DNA from: Syntrophales bacterium
GTDB lineage: Bacteria; Desulfobacterota; Syntrophia; Syntrophales; UBA6807
Direction of reading: 5' to 3'
Assembly: GCA_040767195.1 (NCBI GenBank)
Contig: JAXGPA010000003.1
Coordinates: forward strand, 1-64,000
DNA length: 64,000 nucleotides
Numbering within the stretch: the stretch's first letter is position 1; the number at the start of each line of letters is the position of its first letter. The position numbers were made by a program, and so were the translations under genes. Positions 29,665-40,743 of this stretch are shown here, one piece after another. The notes beneath the pieces are model-generated. The model was not told the origin of the DNA. It saw nothing but the letters and a program-made list of their open reading frames with translations, and searched no databases.

Positions 29665-30312
29665 TCACTTGCGGGGAACTTTTTCCCAGTCTGCGAGAAA
29701 TTTCTCAACACCGATATCCGTCAGGGGATGCCGGATCAACTGCTGCAGGACCTTGAAAGGCATGGTGGCGACGTGGGCGCCCGCGAGAGCCGCGTCCACC
29801 ACGTGAAGGGGGTTCCGGATGCTGGCGACAATCACTTCGCAGCCCAGGTCGTAGTTGTCAAAAATGGTCATGATCTGTTTCACCAGGTCCATTCCGAAGT
29901 GGGACACGTCGTCCAGCCGCCCCACGAAGGGGCTCACATAAGAGGCCCCCGCCTTCGCCGCCAGGAGCGCCTGGGAGGGCGAAAAAACCAGGGTCTGGTT
30001 AACGGCGATTCCCTCGTCCGCCAGCGCCCGGGTGGCTTTCAGCCCTTCGGCGATCATGGGGATTTTGACAACCACGTTGTCACCCCGCTCGGCCAGCTTT
30101 TTTCCTTCCTGGATCATTCCTTGCGCCTCGAGACTCACCACTTCCAGGCTCACCGGCCCGTCGACGATCCGGAGAATTTCCCCGACGACGGAATCGAAAT
30201 CCTTGTTTTCCTTTGCCACGAGCGTGGGGTTCGTCGTCACGCCGTCCACCATTCCCAGGAGGATACCCTCCCGGATTTCATCGATGTTTCCTGTGTCGAG
30301 GAAGAACTTCAT
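29665..30312 (-). CDS. fsa: Transaldolase / fructose-6-phosphate aldolase family protein
   Basis: [31 protein letters not shown] and ASIR motifs. Confidence 0.92.
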   Translation of the reverse strand: MKFFLDTGNIDEIREGILLGMVDGVTTNPTLVAKENKDFDSVVGEILRIVDGPVSLEVVSLEAQGMIQEGKKLAERGDNVVVKIPMIAEGLKATRALADEGIAVNQTLVFSPSQALLAAKAGASYVSPFVGRLDDVSHFGMDLVKQIMTIFDNYDLGCEVIVASIRNPLHVVDAALAGAHVATMPFKVLQQLIRHPLTDIGVEKFLADWEKVPRK

Positions 30313-30339
30313 GGTTTCTCCTTGTGAATCATCATATAA

Positions 30340-30609
30340 TTACAGATTGTTCTCTTTCCTATAGATGTCCATGCACTCCCGGCTGCAGAAATAAAGGCGT
30401 TTCCCGTTCACGGTCAGGCTCTTGGCCTCGCTGACGGGCACGTAAACGCCGCAACAGGGGTCTTTTACCATGTCTTCGCTTTTCTCGGGCGTCCTTGCCC
30501 TTGGAAAAGACGTCCGTTTCGCGCCCCCGGGGAGACGAAGCAGAACCCGGACGAAACGGTACAGGAGAAAGACGATGACGGCGATGAGAATGATACGTCC
30601 TAAAAACAT
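30340..30609 (-). CDS. YHS/TRASH domain membrane-anchored protein
   Basis: N-terminal TM helix; MVKDPCCGVYV...YFCSREC. Confidence 0.8.
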   Translation of the reverse strand: MFLGRIILIAVIVFLLYRFVRVLLRLPGGAKRTSFPRARTPEKSEDMVKDPCCGVYVPVSEAKSLTVNGKRLYFCSRECMDIYRKENNL

Positions 30610-30617
30610 GAGACCTC

Positions 30618-31187
30618 TCAAGGGTCGGGAACGGCGTTTCCCCGATCCGCCCTTCCCGTTGAATGACCGGTGGCATCATCCGTATCGCCGAGGCGCTCCA
30701 CGATGCCCTCCGTTTCCTCCAGCCGATCCAGCATTCCCCTGACGGAAATCCCGTACAGGGGATGGACGGCGCAGGGAGCGATCTCCGCCAGGGGTACGAG
30801 AACGAAGCGCCTTTTGTGCGCTTCGGGATGGGGGACGATCAGGCCGGGCTCCGAAAGGATCGCCTGGCCGTAAAAGAGGAGGTCCAGGTCGATCACCCGG
30901 GGTCCCCACCGCGCTTTCCGCCTCCTGCCCATGGCATCTTCGATACCGAGCAGGACATCCAGAAGCTGACGGGGCGGAAGAAGCGTTCGAATCTCCACGG
31001 CGGCGTTGACGAACCAGTCCTGATCCGTCACGCCCACCGGCTCGGTGCGATAAAATGACGATACCCGGAGAACATGAATTCCCGCTGCTTCCGACAGCCG
31101 CTGAATCGCCTCGCGGCATCGGGAAGGGGGGTCCTCCCGGTTCGATCCGACGGAAATGTAGGCGACGAAACCCTCGCTTACCTTGAT
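30618..31187 (-). CDS. folK: 2-amino-4-hydroxy-6-hydroxymethyldihydropteridine diphosphokinase
   Basis: AYISVGSN, SSFYRTEP, WFVNAA, WGPRVIDLDLL, PHP and RRFVLVPL motifs. The frame is open upstream of the track's GTG (31037) to an ATC at 31187 behind AAAGGAGGA. Confidence 0.92.
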   Translation of the reverse strand: MKVSEGFVAYISVGSNREDPPSRCREAIQRLSEAAGIHVLRVSSFYRTEPVGVTDQDWFVNAAVEIRTLLPPRQLLDVLLGIEDAMGRRRKARWGPRVIDLDLLFYGQAILSEPGLIVPHPEAHKRRFVLVPLAEIAPCAVHPLYGISVRGMLDRLEETEGIVERLGDTDDATGHSTGRADRGNAVPDP

Positions 31188-31205
31188 CGGTCCTCCTTTC
31201 GGAAG

Positions 31206-32015
31206 TCAGGCCGATTTGAGACCGAGAACGTCCTGCATGTCATAGAGCCCCGGCTTGCGGCCGGCTATCCACTTGGCGGCCCGGAGGGCCCCTCGGGCGA
31301 AGTTGTCCCGGCTGTGGGCACGGTGAATGAATTCCAGCCGTTCCCCCATGCCTCCGAAAAGAACGTTGTGCTCTCCCACGATATCTCCGGCCCTGAGTGT
31401 CTGGATTCCAATCTCTTTCGGGGGTCTCGCCCCGATCATTCCTTTTCGCTCATAAACGGCTACCGCGTCAAGGTCGCGGCGGAGGGATTCGGCGATGATC
31501 TGGGCCATCCGCACTGCTGTGCCGCTCGGCGCGTCTTTTTTCTGGTTGTGATGGGCCTCGACAATTTCCACATCGTAATCGTCCCCGAGGATCCGTGACA
31601 CGTCGGCGAGAACCTTGAACAGGACATTCACCCCCACGCTCATGTTGGGTGCCAGAAGGACCGGGGCCGTCTGCGAGAGATCTTTCACAGCGTCCCTTTC
31701 CTCGTTGGTCAGGCCGGTGGTCCCGATCACCGTGGCCTTTCCCGCCCCGACGGTCACTTTCAGGTGCGGTACCACGACATTGTGATGAGAAAAGTCGATG
31801 ACCACGTCCGCTTTCCCGACAACAGGCGCCAGTTCACCTGAAACGGCGACGCCCGTCACCCCCAGGCCGAGATATTCGCCCACATCCTTTCCGACAAGGG
31901 GATGCCCGGAGCTTTCCACGGCCCCCACCAGTTCGATTCCCTCCGTGGTGGAACCGAGAGTGATGATCCGGCCGCCCATGCGGCCCCCGGCCCCGATGAC
32001 GATGACTTTCACCAT
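31206..32015 (-). CDS. dapB: 4-hydroxy-tetrahydrodipicolinate reductase
   Basis: GAGGRMG, VIGTTG, APNMSVGVN and EAHHNQKKDAPSGTA motifs. Confidence 0.97.
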   Translation of the reverse strand: MVKVIVIGAGGRMGGRIITLGSTTEGIELVGAVESSGHPLVGKDVGEYLGLGVTGVAVSGELAPVVGKADVVIDFSHHNVVVPHLKVTVGAGKATVIGTTGLTNEERDAVKDLSQTAPVLLAPNMSVGVNVLFKVLADVSRILGDDYDVEIVEAHHNQKKDAPSGTAVRMAQIIAESLRRDLDAVAVYERKGMIGARPPKEIGIQTLRAGDIVGEHNVLFGGMGERLEFIHRAHSRDNFARGALRAAKWIAGRKPGLYDMQDVLGLKSA

Positions 32016-32180
32016 GACAACACCCCCTTCTTATCCATTTTCAGCGTTTCTCACTGATTCACCTTGCCCGGTGCACCCGCCGAAACCCTGTGAAGACAGA
32101 TCCTCATAAACCCGGGAACAGGGCGGCGGCGTGAGAAGGTCTCCCGACCGTCGCCCGGGCTTTCAGGCGGGAGGACGGAC

Positions 32181-33059
32181 CTATGCCTTGATGAGGCCGT
32201 AATCCAAAAGGACCTTTTTCATGCGGGCATCATTGGCTTCGGACATCCGGCACAGGGGGAGGCGGACCTCGTATTGAATTTTTCCCATCATGGAAAGAGC
32301 CGCCTTGGACGGGATGGGATTCGTTTCGAAGAAAAGCGCCTCCATGAGGGGCCACATCTTGTAGTGGTAGTCATTGGCCTTTTTGAGATCCTTTGCCTCG
32401 AAGGCGTCGACGAGGCCGGCCATGTCCGCCGGGGCGACGTTTGAAATCACCGAAATAACCCCTTTGCCTCCCACGGCGAGAAGGGGAAGAACGGTGAAGT
32501 CGTCCCCTGACAGAACGGAAAACTCCTTGTCCACGAGGCTGAGGATCTTGCTCACCTGCTTCAGGTCCCCCGTGGCTTCCTTGAGGGCCACGATGTTGCT
32601 GATCCTGGAAAGCCGGGCGACGGTTTCGGGCAGGATGTTCGTTCCCGTTCGCGAGGGCACGTTGTAGGGGATGATGGGAATCGGCACCTGCTCCGCCACG
32701 GTTTTATAGTGCTGGTAAAGGCCTTCCTGGGTGGGACGGTTGTAGTAGGGGGTGACCATGAGGGCCCCGTCAGCCCCCACTTCGTGGGCGTGTTTCGTCA
32801 GGCGGAGGGCTTCCCTCGTGCTGTTCGATCCCGTGCCGGCGATGACGGGCACCCGTTTTTTCACCTGGTCCACGACGATCTCGACGACCCGGTCGTGCTC
32901 TTCGTGTGAAAGGGTCGCCGACTCTCCCGTAGTGCCGCAGGGAACGATACCGTCGGTTCCGCTTTCAATCTGGAACTCGACCAGTTCCCTGAGGGCCTCC
33001 TCATCCACCTCTCCATTCTTGAAAGGTGTCACAATGGCAACGATCGCTCCTTTAAACAT
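32181..33059 (-). CDS. dapA: 4-hydroxy-tetrahydrodipicolinate synthase
   Basis: GTTGES, PYYNRP, YNVPSRTG, LKEA and ETNPIP motifs; ATG 33059. Confidence 0.97.
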   Translation of the reverse strand: MFKGAIVAIVTPFKNGEVDEEALRELVEFQIESGTDGIVPCGTTGESATLSHEEHDRVVEIVVDQVKKRVPVIAGTGSNSTREALRLTKHAHEVGADGALMVTPYYNRPTQEGLYQHYKTVAEQVPIPIIPYNVPSRTGTNILPETVARLSRISNIVALKEATGDLKQVSKILSLVDKEFSVLSGDDFTVLPLLAVGGKGVISVISNVAPADMAGLVDAFEAKDLKKANDYHYKMWPLMEALFFETNPIPSKAALSMMGKIQYEVRLPLCRMSEANDARMKKVLLDYGLIKA

Positions 33060-33183
33060 CTTTTCCTCCCTTGCCTCTTTTTGCCTCGTTGATCCTGTGC
33101 CGTTCCCGGCACTCACCGGGACCGGTTCTCCCTCGTTTCGCCCTCCCGGCCGTTTATGAAAAGACCCTTTCCGGAAGGATTAT

Positions 33184-34449
33184 TTATTCCCCCCGGGCAA
33201 TGAAATCGGGGATACGCTCTCCCCGAACCAGGTCTTCGTACACCTCCCGATCCCGGACGACGATGTATTCGCCGTCCCGCACCAGCACTTCGGCAACCCG
33301 GGGCCTCGAATTGTAGTTCGAGGCCATGGTGAAACCATAGGCGCCCGCGCTCATGACGGCCAGAAGGTCGCCCCGGCTAGCGGCGGGGAGGTCCCGTTTC
33401 CTGGCCAGAAAATCGCCGGATTCGCAGATGGGGCCGACAATATCCGCCCGGATCTTTCCGTCATCCCTCGGGGTGATCGGCTGGATGAAATGGTAGGAAC
33501 CGTAAAGGCTCGGACGAATGAGGTCGTTCATCCCCGCATCGACGATGACGAAGTTCTTGTCTTCGTGATTCTTCGTGTAAAGGACACGGGTCACGAGAAT
33601 GCCGGCGTTTCCCACGATGACCCGGCCCGGTTCCAGGACAAAGGTCACGTCGAGGTCTCCCGCGCGCTCGATGATGGCTTCCGCGTAGTCGGAGGGATGG
33701 GGCGGCGTTTCCAGGTTGTAGGTGATGCCCAATCCTCCGCCCAGGTCGAGATAGCGGACGGGGATCCCGTCTTCCCGAAGAAGGGAAATCAGTTTCTTCA
33801 GTCTTTCCAGGGCGTCGAGAAAGGGGTTCATGTCCGTAATCTGGGAGCCGATGTGGCAGTCGACGCCGATGATGTCGATGTGTTTCAGTTCCGCCGCTTT
33901 CCGGTAGGTTTCGCGGGATTTTTCGATGTTGATACCGAACTTGTTTTCCTTGAGGCCCGTGGAGATATGGGGATGGGTCATGGGATCCACGTCGGGGTTC
34001 ACCCGGATGGCGATGGGCGCCTTTTTACCCAGGCGTCCGGCGACCCCGTCGATGACCTCCAGTTCCTGGAAGGATTCGATGTTGAACATGAGGATGCCCG
34101 TCTCGAGGGCGAAGGTGATTTCGTCCTCCCGTTTTCCCACTCCCGAATAAACGATCTTTCCGGGGTCCGCCCCGGCCTTGAGAGCCCGGAAAAGTTCCCC
34201 GCCCGAGACGATATCGACGCCGCTGCCCAGAGCGATGAGCGTTCCGAGGACGGCCATGTTGGAATTGGCCTTGGCGGAAAAGCACACCACGTGAGGGACC
34301 TGGCGGAAGGCTTCGTCGAAAACCTGGTAGTGCCGCTTCAGGGTCCGGTGACTGTAGAGGTAGAAAGGTGTTCCCACCGCCTCGGCGATTTTCCGCACGG
34401 GCACATCTTCACACCAGAGCTCGTTTTCACGGACATGGAAGTAATTCAC
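33184..34449 (-). CDS. lysA: Diaminopimelate decarboxylase
   Basis: SAKAN, DIVSGGEL, HIGSQ, LDLGGG, EPGR, GPICESGD and SNYNSRPR motifs; GTG 34449 after AGGAGAAGG. Confidence 0.97.
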   Translation of the reverse strand: MNYFHVRENELWCEDVPVRKIAEAVGTPFYLYSHRTLKRHYQVFDEAFRQVPHVVCFSAKANSNMAVLGTLIALGSGVDIVSGGELFRALKAGADPGKIVYSGVGKREDEITFALETGILMFNIESFQELEVIDGVAGRLGKKAPIAIRVNPDVDPMTHPHISTGLKENKFGINIEKSRETYRKAAELKHIDIIGVDCHIGSQITDMNPFLDALERLKKLISLLREDGIPVRYLDLGGGLGITYNLETPPHPSDYAEAIIERAGDLDVTFVLEPGRVIVGNAGILVTRVLYTKNHEDKNFVIVDAGMNDLIRPSLYGSYHFIQPITPRDDGKIRADIVGPICESGDFLARKRDLPAASRGDLLAVMSAGAYGFTMASNYNSRPRVAEVLVRDGEYIVVRDREVYEDLVRGERIPDFIARGE

Positions 34450-34626
34450 ACGCCTTCTCCTTGGCTTCTTGTATCCGATTTCGGGCTCATATTTCAAGAC
34501 ACCGGGATCATTTTTTTAGAAATTCTTCCGCTTCTTCTACAGGCGCCGGGATGGACCGCAGGCAGAGATTCCGCCGGTCCACGGCGAAAGCCGCCGGCCA
34601 TGCGGGCGGGCCGTCACGGCTCGTTG

Positions 34627-35073
34627 TCAGTAAAGGATTTCCACGGGAGAGGAGGGTTCGCTGCACAAACCCGGGTCTTCGCAGTGGACAACCCGATAGG
34701 CATAAAAATTTCCCGCCGTCACGTCACCGTCCAGGAGGACGGCCGTCCCGTCTTTCTGGAATACGGCGGAATCCCGGCGTTCCGCCGCGCGAAAAGGCAC
34801 AAAATTCCGTGGGCAGCCGGGACAGGCCGCTTCCCGGGACAGGACACTCCTGAAGACACGGTAGGTTTCCCGTCCCGAGGCGCCCGGTGGGGCGCTCCAG
34901 CACAGAACGACGCCACCGGCGTCCCGTGCGGCGCTGATGTCCGTCACGACGGCCGGCCGCTTTCCGGCGGGACAGACAGGGTCTGCTTTTTTTCCGCAGG
35001 CCGCCGGGAGAAGGCAGCTCAATGCCAAAAGCAGGACAAAAACCGGTTCAATCCCGCGTCGGCTTTTTCTCAC
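34627..35073 (-). CDS. Putative lipoprotein (CGKKADP motif, FN3-like)
   Basis: Lipobox AACGKK and a CPGCP motif; located between argH and lysA; start uncertain. Confidence 0.65.
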   Translation of the reverse strand: MRKSRRGIEPVFVLLLALSCLLPAACGKKADPVCPAGKRPAVVTDISAARDAGGVVLCWSAPPGASGRETYRVFRSVLSREAACPGCPRNFVPFRAAERRDSAVFQKDGTAVLLDGDVTAGNFYAYRVVHCEDPGLCSEPSSPVEILY

Positions 35074-36451
35074 CCGTGGACTCGAGTTCTTCAATGCGTG
35101 CGGCCACCGTGTCATGAGCCGTTCCCCCGGGGATCTTTCTGGTTTTGACGGAGTATTCCGGTGTCAGAAGGGCGTAGACCCCTTCATCGAAGCCGGGATA
35201 AAAGTTCTGGAATTCCGGCAAGCTGAGGGCTTTCAGGTCTTTCCCCTGGTCCAGGGCGTACCGGACGATCCGGCCGACGATGCCGTGGGCCTCCCGGAAC
35301 GGGATACCCCGGGTCACGAGATGCTCCGCCAGGTCCGTAGCCGTCGAAAATCCGGCGGACACCTTTTCGTACATCCGGTCCCGGTTGAACGTGACGTGGT
35401 TCAGCATCCCCGTGAATACGCGAACGGAGGCCGTCACCGTCTCCACCGTATCGAAGAGAGGTTCCTTGTCCTCCTGGAGATCCCGGTTGTATGTCATGGG
35501 CAGTCCTTTCAGGACCGTGAGCAGGGCCAACAGGTTCCCGTAGACACGCCCCGTCTTCCCCCGCACGAGTTCCGCCACGTCGGGGTTTTTCTTCTGGGGC
35601 ATGATGCTGCTTCCGGTGGTGTAGGCGTCGGACAGGCTGACGAAGCCGAATTCCTCGGTGGACCAGAGGATGAGATCCTCGCAGAACCGGCTCAGGTGCA
35701 TCATGACAAGGGCGCTGTCGAAGATGAACTCGGCGGCGAAATCCCGGTCGGATACAGCGTCCATGCTGTTTTTCGAGATTTCCGGAAAATCGAGAAGGTC
35801 CGCCGTGACGGACCGGTCCAGGGGCAGCCCCGTTCCGGCCAGGGCCGCCGACCCGAGGGGCGACACGTTGACCCGCACGAGGCAGTCTTTCAGCCGTGCC
35901 GTATCCCGGGAAAACATTTCCCAAAAGGCGAGCAGGTAGTGGGACAGGAGAACGGGCTGGGCCTGCTGGAGATGGGTGTACCCCGGGAGGATCACGCCCA
36001 GTTCCCGGCGGGCCCGGGTGATAAGAAAAGATTTCAGGGTTTCCAGTTCCGCCAGGAGGGCCTTCAGGGCGTCCCGGAGATAGAGCCGAATGTCAAGGGC
36101 CACCTGGTCGTTCCGGCTTCTTCCCGTGTGAAGCTTGCCGCCTGCCTCCCCGACTCGGGCGATGAGGGCCTTTTCGACGGCCATGTGGATGTCCTCAAGA
36201 TCCGCCGTAAACGGGAAGGTCCCCGCTTCCATCTCCTTCCCGATGGCGTCAAGGCCTGCCAGGATCGCCGCTTCCTCTTCGGCTGCGATAAGACCCTGAC
36301 GGGCCAGCATCCGGCAATGGGCCCTGCTTCCTTCGATATCATACCGGTGAAGCTTCCGATCGAAGGCGATGGAAGATGTGAATTCCTCCACCAGGTGGTC
36401 CGTACCCTCGGTGAAACGGCCTGCCCAGGGTTTTTCCTTCTGGTCCGTCAT
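35048..36451 (-). CDS. argH: Argininosuccinate lyase
   Basis: WAGRF, EDIH, LHTGRSRNDQVA, PGYTHLQ and GSSIMPQKKNPD motifs. Confidence 0.98.
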   Translation of the reverse strand: MTDQKEKPWAGRFTEGTDHLVEEFTSSIAFDRKLHRYDIEGSRAHCRMLARQGLIAAEEEAAILAGLDAIGKEMEAGTFPFTADLEDIHMAVEKALIARVGEAGGKLHTGRSRNDQVALDIRLYLRDALKALLAELETLKSFLITRARRELGVILPGYTHLQQAQPVLLSHYLLAFWEMFSRDTARLKDCLVRVNVSPLGSAALAGTGLPLDRSVTADLLDFPEISKNSMDAVSDRDFAAEFIFDSALVMMHLSRFCEDLILWSTEEFGFVSLSDAYTTGSSIMPQKKNPDVAELVRGKTGRVYGNLLALLTVLKGLPMTYNRDLQEDKEPLFDTVETVTASVRVFTGMLNHVTFNRDRMYEKVSAGFSTATDLAEHLVTRGIPFREAHGIVGRIVRYALDQGKDLKALSLPEFQNFYPGFDEGVYALLTPEYSVKTRKIPGGTAHDTVAARIEELESTGEKKPTRD

Positions 36452-36471
36452 GGCGCTTTCCGTTTCTTCCG

Positions 36472-37677
36472 CTACCGGTCCAGGAGGGCCCGGATCCGCA
36501 TGCGGAGCGCGTTCAGCCGGATGAAACCGGTGGCGTCCTTCTGGTCGTAGACGGCATCCCGGTCAAAGGTGGCGAAATCCTCGCTGTAAAGGGATTTGGG
36601 TGATTTTCTCCCGGCCACGATGCAGTTCCCCTTGTAGAGTTTCATCCGGGCCGTTCCCGTTACATCCTTCTGGGTGTCGTCAATGAATTTCTGAAGGGTT
36701 TCCCGCTCCGGGGCGTACCAGAAACCGTTGTACATGAGCTGTGAAATCTTGGGAATGAGGCCATCCCGGAGCAGCATGACCTCGCGGTCCATGGTGATGG
36801 ATTCCACGGCCCGGTGGGCTGCCCACAGAACAGTGCCGCCGGGGGTTTCATAGACGCCCCTGGATTTCATGCCCACGAACCGGTTTTCCACCATGTCCAC
36901 CCGGCCGATGCCGTTGGCGCCGGCGATGCCGTTGAGATGGTCCAGAAGCGCCGCCGGGGACATGGCCTTTCCATCCACCGCCACGGGGTTGCCTTCATCG
37001 AAGTCGATGTCCACGTAGGTCGGCTTGTCCGGCGCTTTTTCCGGGGAGGTGGTGAGGACGAAAATCTCCTCGGGGGCCTCCGCCCAGGGATCCTCCAGGA
37101 TTCCCCCCTCGTGGGAAATGTGAAGGATGTTCCGGTCTTCGCTGTAGGGCTTTTTCTTTGTCATGGTGATGGGAATGCGGTACTTGGCCGCGTAGTCGAT
37201 CATGGCGTCCCGGGACCGGAGGTCCCAGCGGTCGTCCTTCCAGGGGGATATGATCCGGATGTTCGGTTCCAGGGCCATGAAGGTCATCTCGAAACGGACC
37301 TGGTCGTTTCCCTTGCCTGTCGCTCCATGACACACGGCGTCGGCCTTTTCCATACGGGCGATTTCCACCTGCCTCTTGGCGATGAGGGGACGGGCGAGGG
37401 AGGTGCCCATGAGATACGTGCCTTCATAGATGGCATTGGCTCGCAGGGCTGGGAAAACGAAGTCCCGGACGAACTCTTCCGTCAGGTCCTCGATGTAGAT
37501 CTTGCTGGCCCCCGTTTTCAGGGCCTTCTCTTCCAGCCCCGTCAGCTCCTCCTTCTGCCCCACGTCGGCGGCGAAGCAGACGACTTCGCACCCGAAAGTC
37601 TCGATGAGCCACCGGACGATGACGGACGTATCCAACCCGCCCGAGTAGGCGAGAACGACTTTTTTCACTTCACTCAT
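36472..37677 (-). CDS. argG: Argininosuccinate synthase
   Basis: [24 protein letters not shown] and [11 protein letters not shown] motifs. Confidence 0.98.
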   Translation of the reverse strand: MSEVKKVVLAYSGGLDTSVIVRWLIETFGCEVVCFAADVGQKEELTGLEEKALKTGASKIYIEDLTEEFVRDFVFPALRANAIYEGTYLMGTSLARPLIAKRQVEIARMEKADAVCHGATGKGNDQVRFEMTFMALEPNIRIISPWKDDRWDLRSRDAMIDYAAKYRIPITMTKKKPYSEDRNILHISHEGGILEDPWAEAPEEIFVLTTSPEKAPDKPTYVDIDFDEGNPVAVDGKAMSPAALLDHLNGIAGANGIGRVDMVENRFVGMKSRGVYETPGGTVLWAAHRAVESITMDREVMLLRDGLIPKISQLMYNGFWYAPERETLQKFIDDTQKDVTGTARMKLYKGNCIVAGRKSPKSLYSEDFATFDRDAVYDQKDATGFIRLNALRMRIRALLDR

Positions 37678-38596
37678 GGGGTCTTCCTCCTAACAGTGTT
37701 TCCAGAACCGCTTTCTGGATGTGCAGGCGGTTTTCCGCCTGATCGTATACGATGGATCGGGGCCCGTCCATGACCGCGTCGGTGATTTCCTCGCCCCGGT
37801 GGGCGGGAAGGCAGTGCATGACCAGCACGTCCTTTTTCGCGTTTTCAAGAAGGGCGTTGTTGACCTGGTAGGGCCGGAAAACGGTTTTCCGGCTTTCAGC
37901 CTCCTCTTCCTGTCCCATGCTGGCCCACACATCGGTGTAGACCACGTCGGCCCCCCGGGCAGCCTCGGCGGGGTCGCGGAAGAGCGCGATCCCTTCGGGG
38001 GCGGCTTTCCGCCCCCTGTCGAGAATCCTGCTGTCCGGGTCGTATCCCTCGGGGCAGGCCAGGGAGAGATGAAAGGGAAGCCGGGCCGCGGCGTTGATCC
38101 ACGAGTTGGCCACGTTGTTCCCGTCACCGACGTAACAGATCCGGAGCCCCTTGTAGGTGCCTGTCTTTTCCTCGATGGTGAGGAGATCCCCCAGGATCTG
38201 GCAGGGGTGGAGAAGGTCGGTGAGGCCGTTGATGACGGGAATGGAGGCTTCCCGGGCGAACTCTTCGACGAGGTCCTGGCCGAAGGTCCGGATGACAACG
38301 CCGTCGAGATACCGGGACATGACCCGGGCGGTGTCGGCGATCGTTTCCCCCCGGCCGAGCTGAATGTCCTTCCGGGACAGGAAAGTCGCCATGCCGCCCA
38401 TCTGGAACATGGCCGCCTCGAAGGACAGGCGGGTTCTCGTGGAGGACTTGTCGAAGATGAGACCGAGCATTTTGCCCTCGAGGGGACGGTAGGTAACGCC
38501 TTTTTCGAGGTACTTCTTCATCTTTTCCGCCCGCCGGAAAAAGATTTCAAAAGAGGCGGGTTCGAGATCGTAAAGGGTGAGAAGATCTTTTTTCAT
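37670..38596 (-). CDS. argF: Ornithine carbamoyltransferase
   Basis: [30 protein letters not shown] and QAENRLH motifs. Confidence 0.98.
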   Translation of the reverse strand: MKKDLLTLYDLEPASFEIFFRRAEKMKKYLEKGVTYRPLEGKMLGLIFDKSSTRTRLSFEAAMFQMGGMATFLSRKDIQLGRGETIADTARVMSRYLDGVVIRTFGQDLVEEFAREASIPVINGLTDLLHPCQILGDLLTIEEKTGTYKGLRICYVGDGNNVANSWINAAARLPFHLSLACPEGYDPDSRILDRGRKAAPEGIALFRDPAEAARGADVVYTDVWASMGQEEEAESRKTVFRPYQVNNALLENAKKDVLVMHCLPAHRGEEITDAVMDGPRSIVYDQAENRLHIQKAVLETLLGGRPHE

Positions 38597-39792
38597 CCTT
38601 CTTTCAGGACCTCGTCCAGGATTTCCACGGCCCGGTCCACATCGGCTTCCGTGATGACGAAGGGCGGGACGAAACGGAGCACGTTTCCGCCGGTGCAGTT
38701 GATGAGAAGGCCCTTTTTCATGGCCTTGAGGACGGCGTCGTCTCCGGGGCCGGCCAGTTCCATGCCCACCATGAGGCCTTTCCCGCGGACTTCTCGAATT
38801 GTTTCATGATCTTTCTTCAGGGTTTCCAGTCGCGACCGCAGGTAGTTTCCCATGGCCCGGCAGTGTTCCAGGGTACCTTTTTCCAGGAGGGTTTCCATGA
38901 CGGCAATTCCGGCGGCCATGCCCAGGGGGTTCCCCCCGAAGGTGGAGGCGTGGGTGCCGGGGACGAAGACGGAGGCGATGTGCTCCCGGGCCAGGAGAGC
39001 CCCCAGGGGGTAACCGTTCCCCAGGGCCTTGGCCAGGGTCATGATGTCCGGTTCCACGCCCCATTCCTCGTAAGCGAAGAGGTGGCCCGTCCGGCCCATG
39101 CCCGCCTGCACTTCGTCGAAAAGGAGAAGAATCCCCCGTTCGTCACAGAAATTCCGCAGTTCCCGGAGATAGCCGGGGGAGGGGATCCTGATGCCCCCTT
39201 CGCCCTGGATGGGTTCGACGAGAACGCCGCAGGTGTTTTCGGTAACGGCGGCGGCCAGTGCCGCCATGTCGTCGAAAGGCACGTACCGGAATCCCCCCGG
39301 GAGGGGTTCGAATCCCTCGTGGTACTTTTTCTGGGCTGTCGCCGTTACGGCCGCCAGGGTCCTCCCGTGGAAACTGTTTTCCATGGTGATGATTTCATAG
39401 CGGTGGCCTTCCATCCGCTCGTGGGCGAAGCGCCGGGCGAGCTTGATGGCCCCCTCGATGGCCTCGGCCCCGCTGTTGCAGAAGAAGACCCTGTCGGCAA
39501 AGGAATTCTCCACAAGAAGCCCGGCCAGCCGGATTTGCGGTTCGATATAGTAAAGATTTGAGACATGGGTGAGAATCTCCGCCTGCTCACGGATGGCCGC
39601 CACTACCCGGGGGTGGCTGTGACCGAGGCTGCACACGGCGATGCCCGCCAGGAAATCGAGATACTCCCGGCCGTCCGAGTCCCAGACCCGGGCGCCTTGT
39701 CCCCGGGTGAGGACGATGGGAAAACGGCGGTAGTTTCCAAAGAGATACCGGTGTGCCGCCCCGATAAGTTCTTCCGTGGTCATGTGTCCCAT
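38593..39792 (-). CDS. argD: Acetylornithine aminotransferase
   Basis: NSGAEA, SFHGRT, EPIQGEGG, FDEVQAGMGRTG, TLAKALG and STFGGNP motifs. Confidence 0.96.
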   Translation of the reverse strand: MGHMTTEELIGAAHRYLFGNYRRFPIVLTRGQGARVWDSDGREYLDFLAGIAVCSLGHSHPRVVAAIREQAEILTHVSNLYYIEPQIRLAGLLVENSFADRVFFCNSGAEAIEGAIKLARRFAHERMEGHRYEIITMENSFHGRTLAAVTATAQKKYHEGFEPLPGGFRYVPFDDMAALAAAVTENTCGVLVEPIQGEGGIRIPSPGYLRELRNFCDERGILLLFDEVQAGMGRTGHLFAYEEWGVEPDIMTLAKALGNGYPLGALLAREHIASVFVPGTHASTFGGNPLGMAAGIAVMETLLEKGTLEHCRAMGNYLRSRLETLKKDHETIREVRGKGLMVGMELAGPGDDAVLKAMKKGLLINCTGGNVLRFVPPFVITEADVDRAVEILDEVLKEG

Positions 39793-39797
39793 GGTCT

Positions 39798-40694
39798 TCA
39801 ATTCCCCGTTACGATTTCCGTGCCGATTCCCCGGTCCGTGAACACTTCCAGGAGGACGGCGTGTTTTTTCCTGCCGTCGATGATGTGGGTCTTCCGGACC
39901 CCGTTTCTCAAGGCCTTGAGGCAGCATTTCACCTTGGGGTACATGCCCCCTTCGATGGTGCCCTCGGCGATGAGCCGCTGCGCCTCCCCGTTGTCCATGG
40001 TGTTGATGAGGGTTTTCCCGCCGTCGAGAACGCCGGTCACATCGGTGAGAAGGACGAGTTTCTCCGCCTGGAGTTCCGCGGCCACGGCGCCCGCCACAAG
40101 GTCGGCGTTGATGTTGTATGTCTCCCCCTCCTCGCCCACGCCCGTGGGGGCGATGACGGGGATGAAGCCGTCCCGGGCCAGGGCCTGGATCAGGCCGGCA
40201 TTGACCCGCTTCACCTTGCCCACGAGCCCGAGGTCGATGATCTCCGGGGGGGTGTCCTTCGCTTTCTCGTCGCTCAGGTAATATTTTTCGGCCACGACGA
40301 TGTCGCCGTCCTTTCCCGAGAGGCCGACGGCCTTGCCCCCGTGGTGGTTGATGAAACCGACGATTTCCTTGTTCACCTTGCCCACCAGCACCATCTCGAC
40401 GATGTCCATGGTTTCCCGGTCCGTCACCCGCATCCCCTGGACAAAACGGGATTCCTTCCCCAGTTTTTTCAGGAAACTCCCGATCTGGGGCCCGCCGCCA
40501 TGGACGATCACGGGGTTCATCCCGATGTATTTCATCATGACCACGTCGAGGGCGAAATTCTTTTTCAGATCCTCGTCCACCATGGCGTGGCCGCCGTACT
40601 TGATGACGATGGTCTTGTTGTAAAACCGCCGGATATACGGCAGGGCCTCGAGAAGAATGTCGGCCCGGTCCATGACTTTCTGGATGTCTTCCAT
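39798..40694 (-). CDS. argB: Acetylglutamate kinase
   Basis: [25 protein letters not shown] and GGMYPKV motifs. Confidence 0.97.
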   Translation of the reverse strand: MEDIQKVMDRADILLEALPYIRRFYNKTIVIKYGGHAMVDEDLKKNFALDVVMMKYIGMNPVIVHGGGPQIGSFLKKLGKESRFVQGMRVTDRETMDIVEMVLVGKVNKEIVGFINHHGGKAVGLSGKDGDIVVAEKYYLSDEKAKDTPPEIIDLGLVGKVKRVNAGLIQALARDGFIPVIAPTGVGEEGETYNINADLVAGAVAAELQAEKLVLLTDVTGVLDGGKTLINTMDNGEAQRLIAEGTIEGGMYPKVKCCLKALRNGVRKTHIIDGRKKHAVLLEVFTDRGIGTEIVTGN

Positions 40695-40743
40695 GTTCAA
40701 CCCTCGATGGGGAGATACCCGCTTTTATTGTGATTCAACCGTT

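Noticed and set aside
34450..34626. Lysine riboswitch upstream of lysA
   Set aside because: GC-rich stems are present, but none of the L-box conserved motifs.
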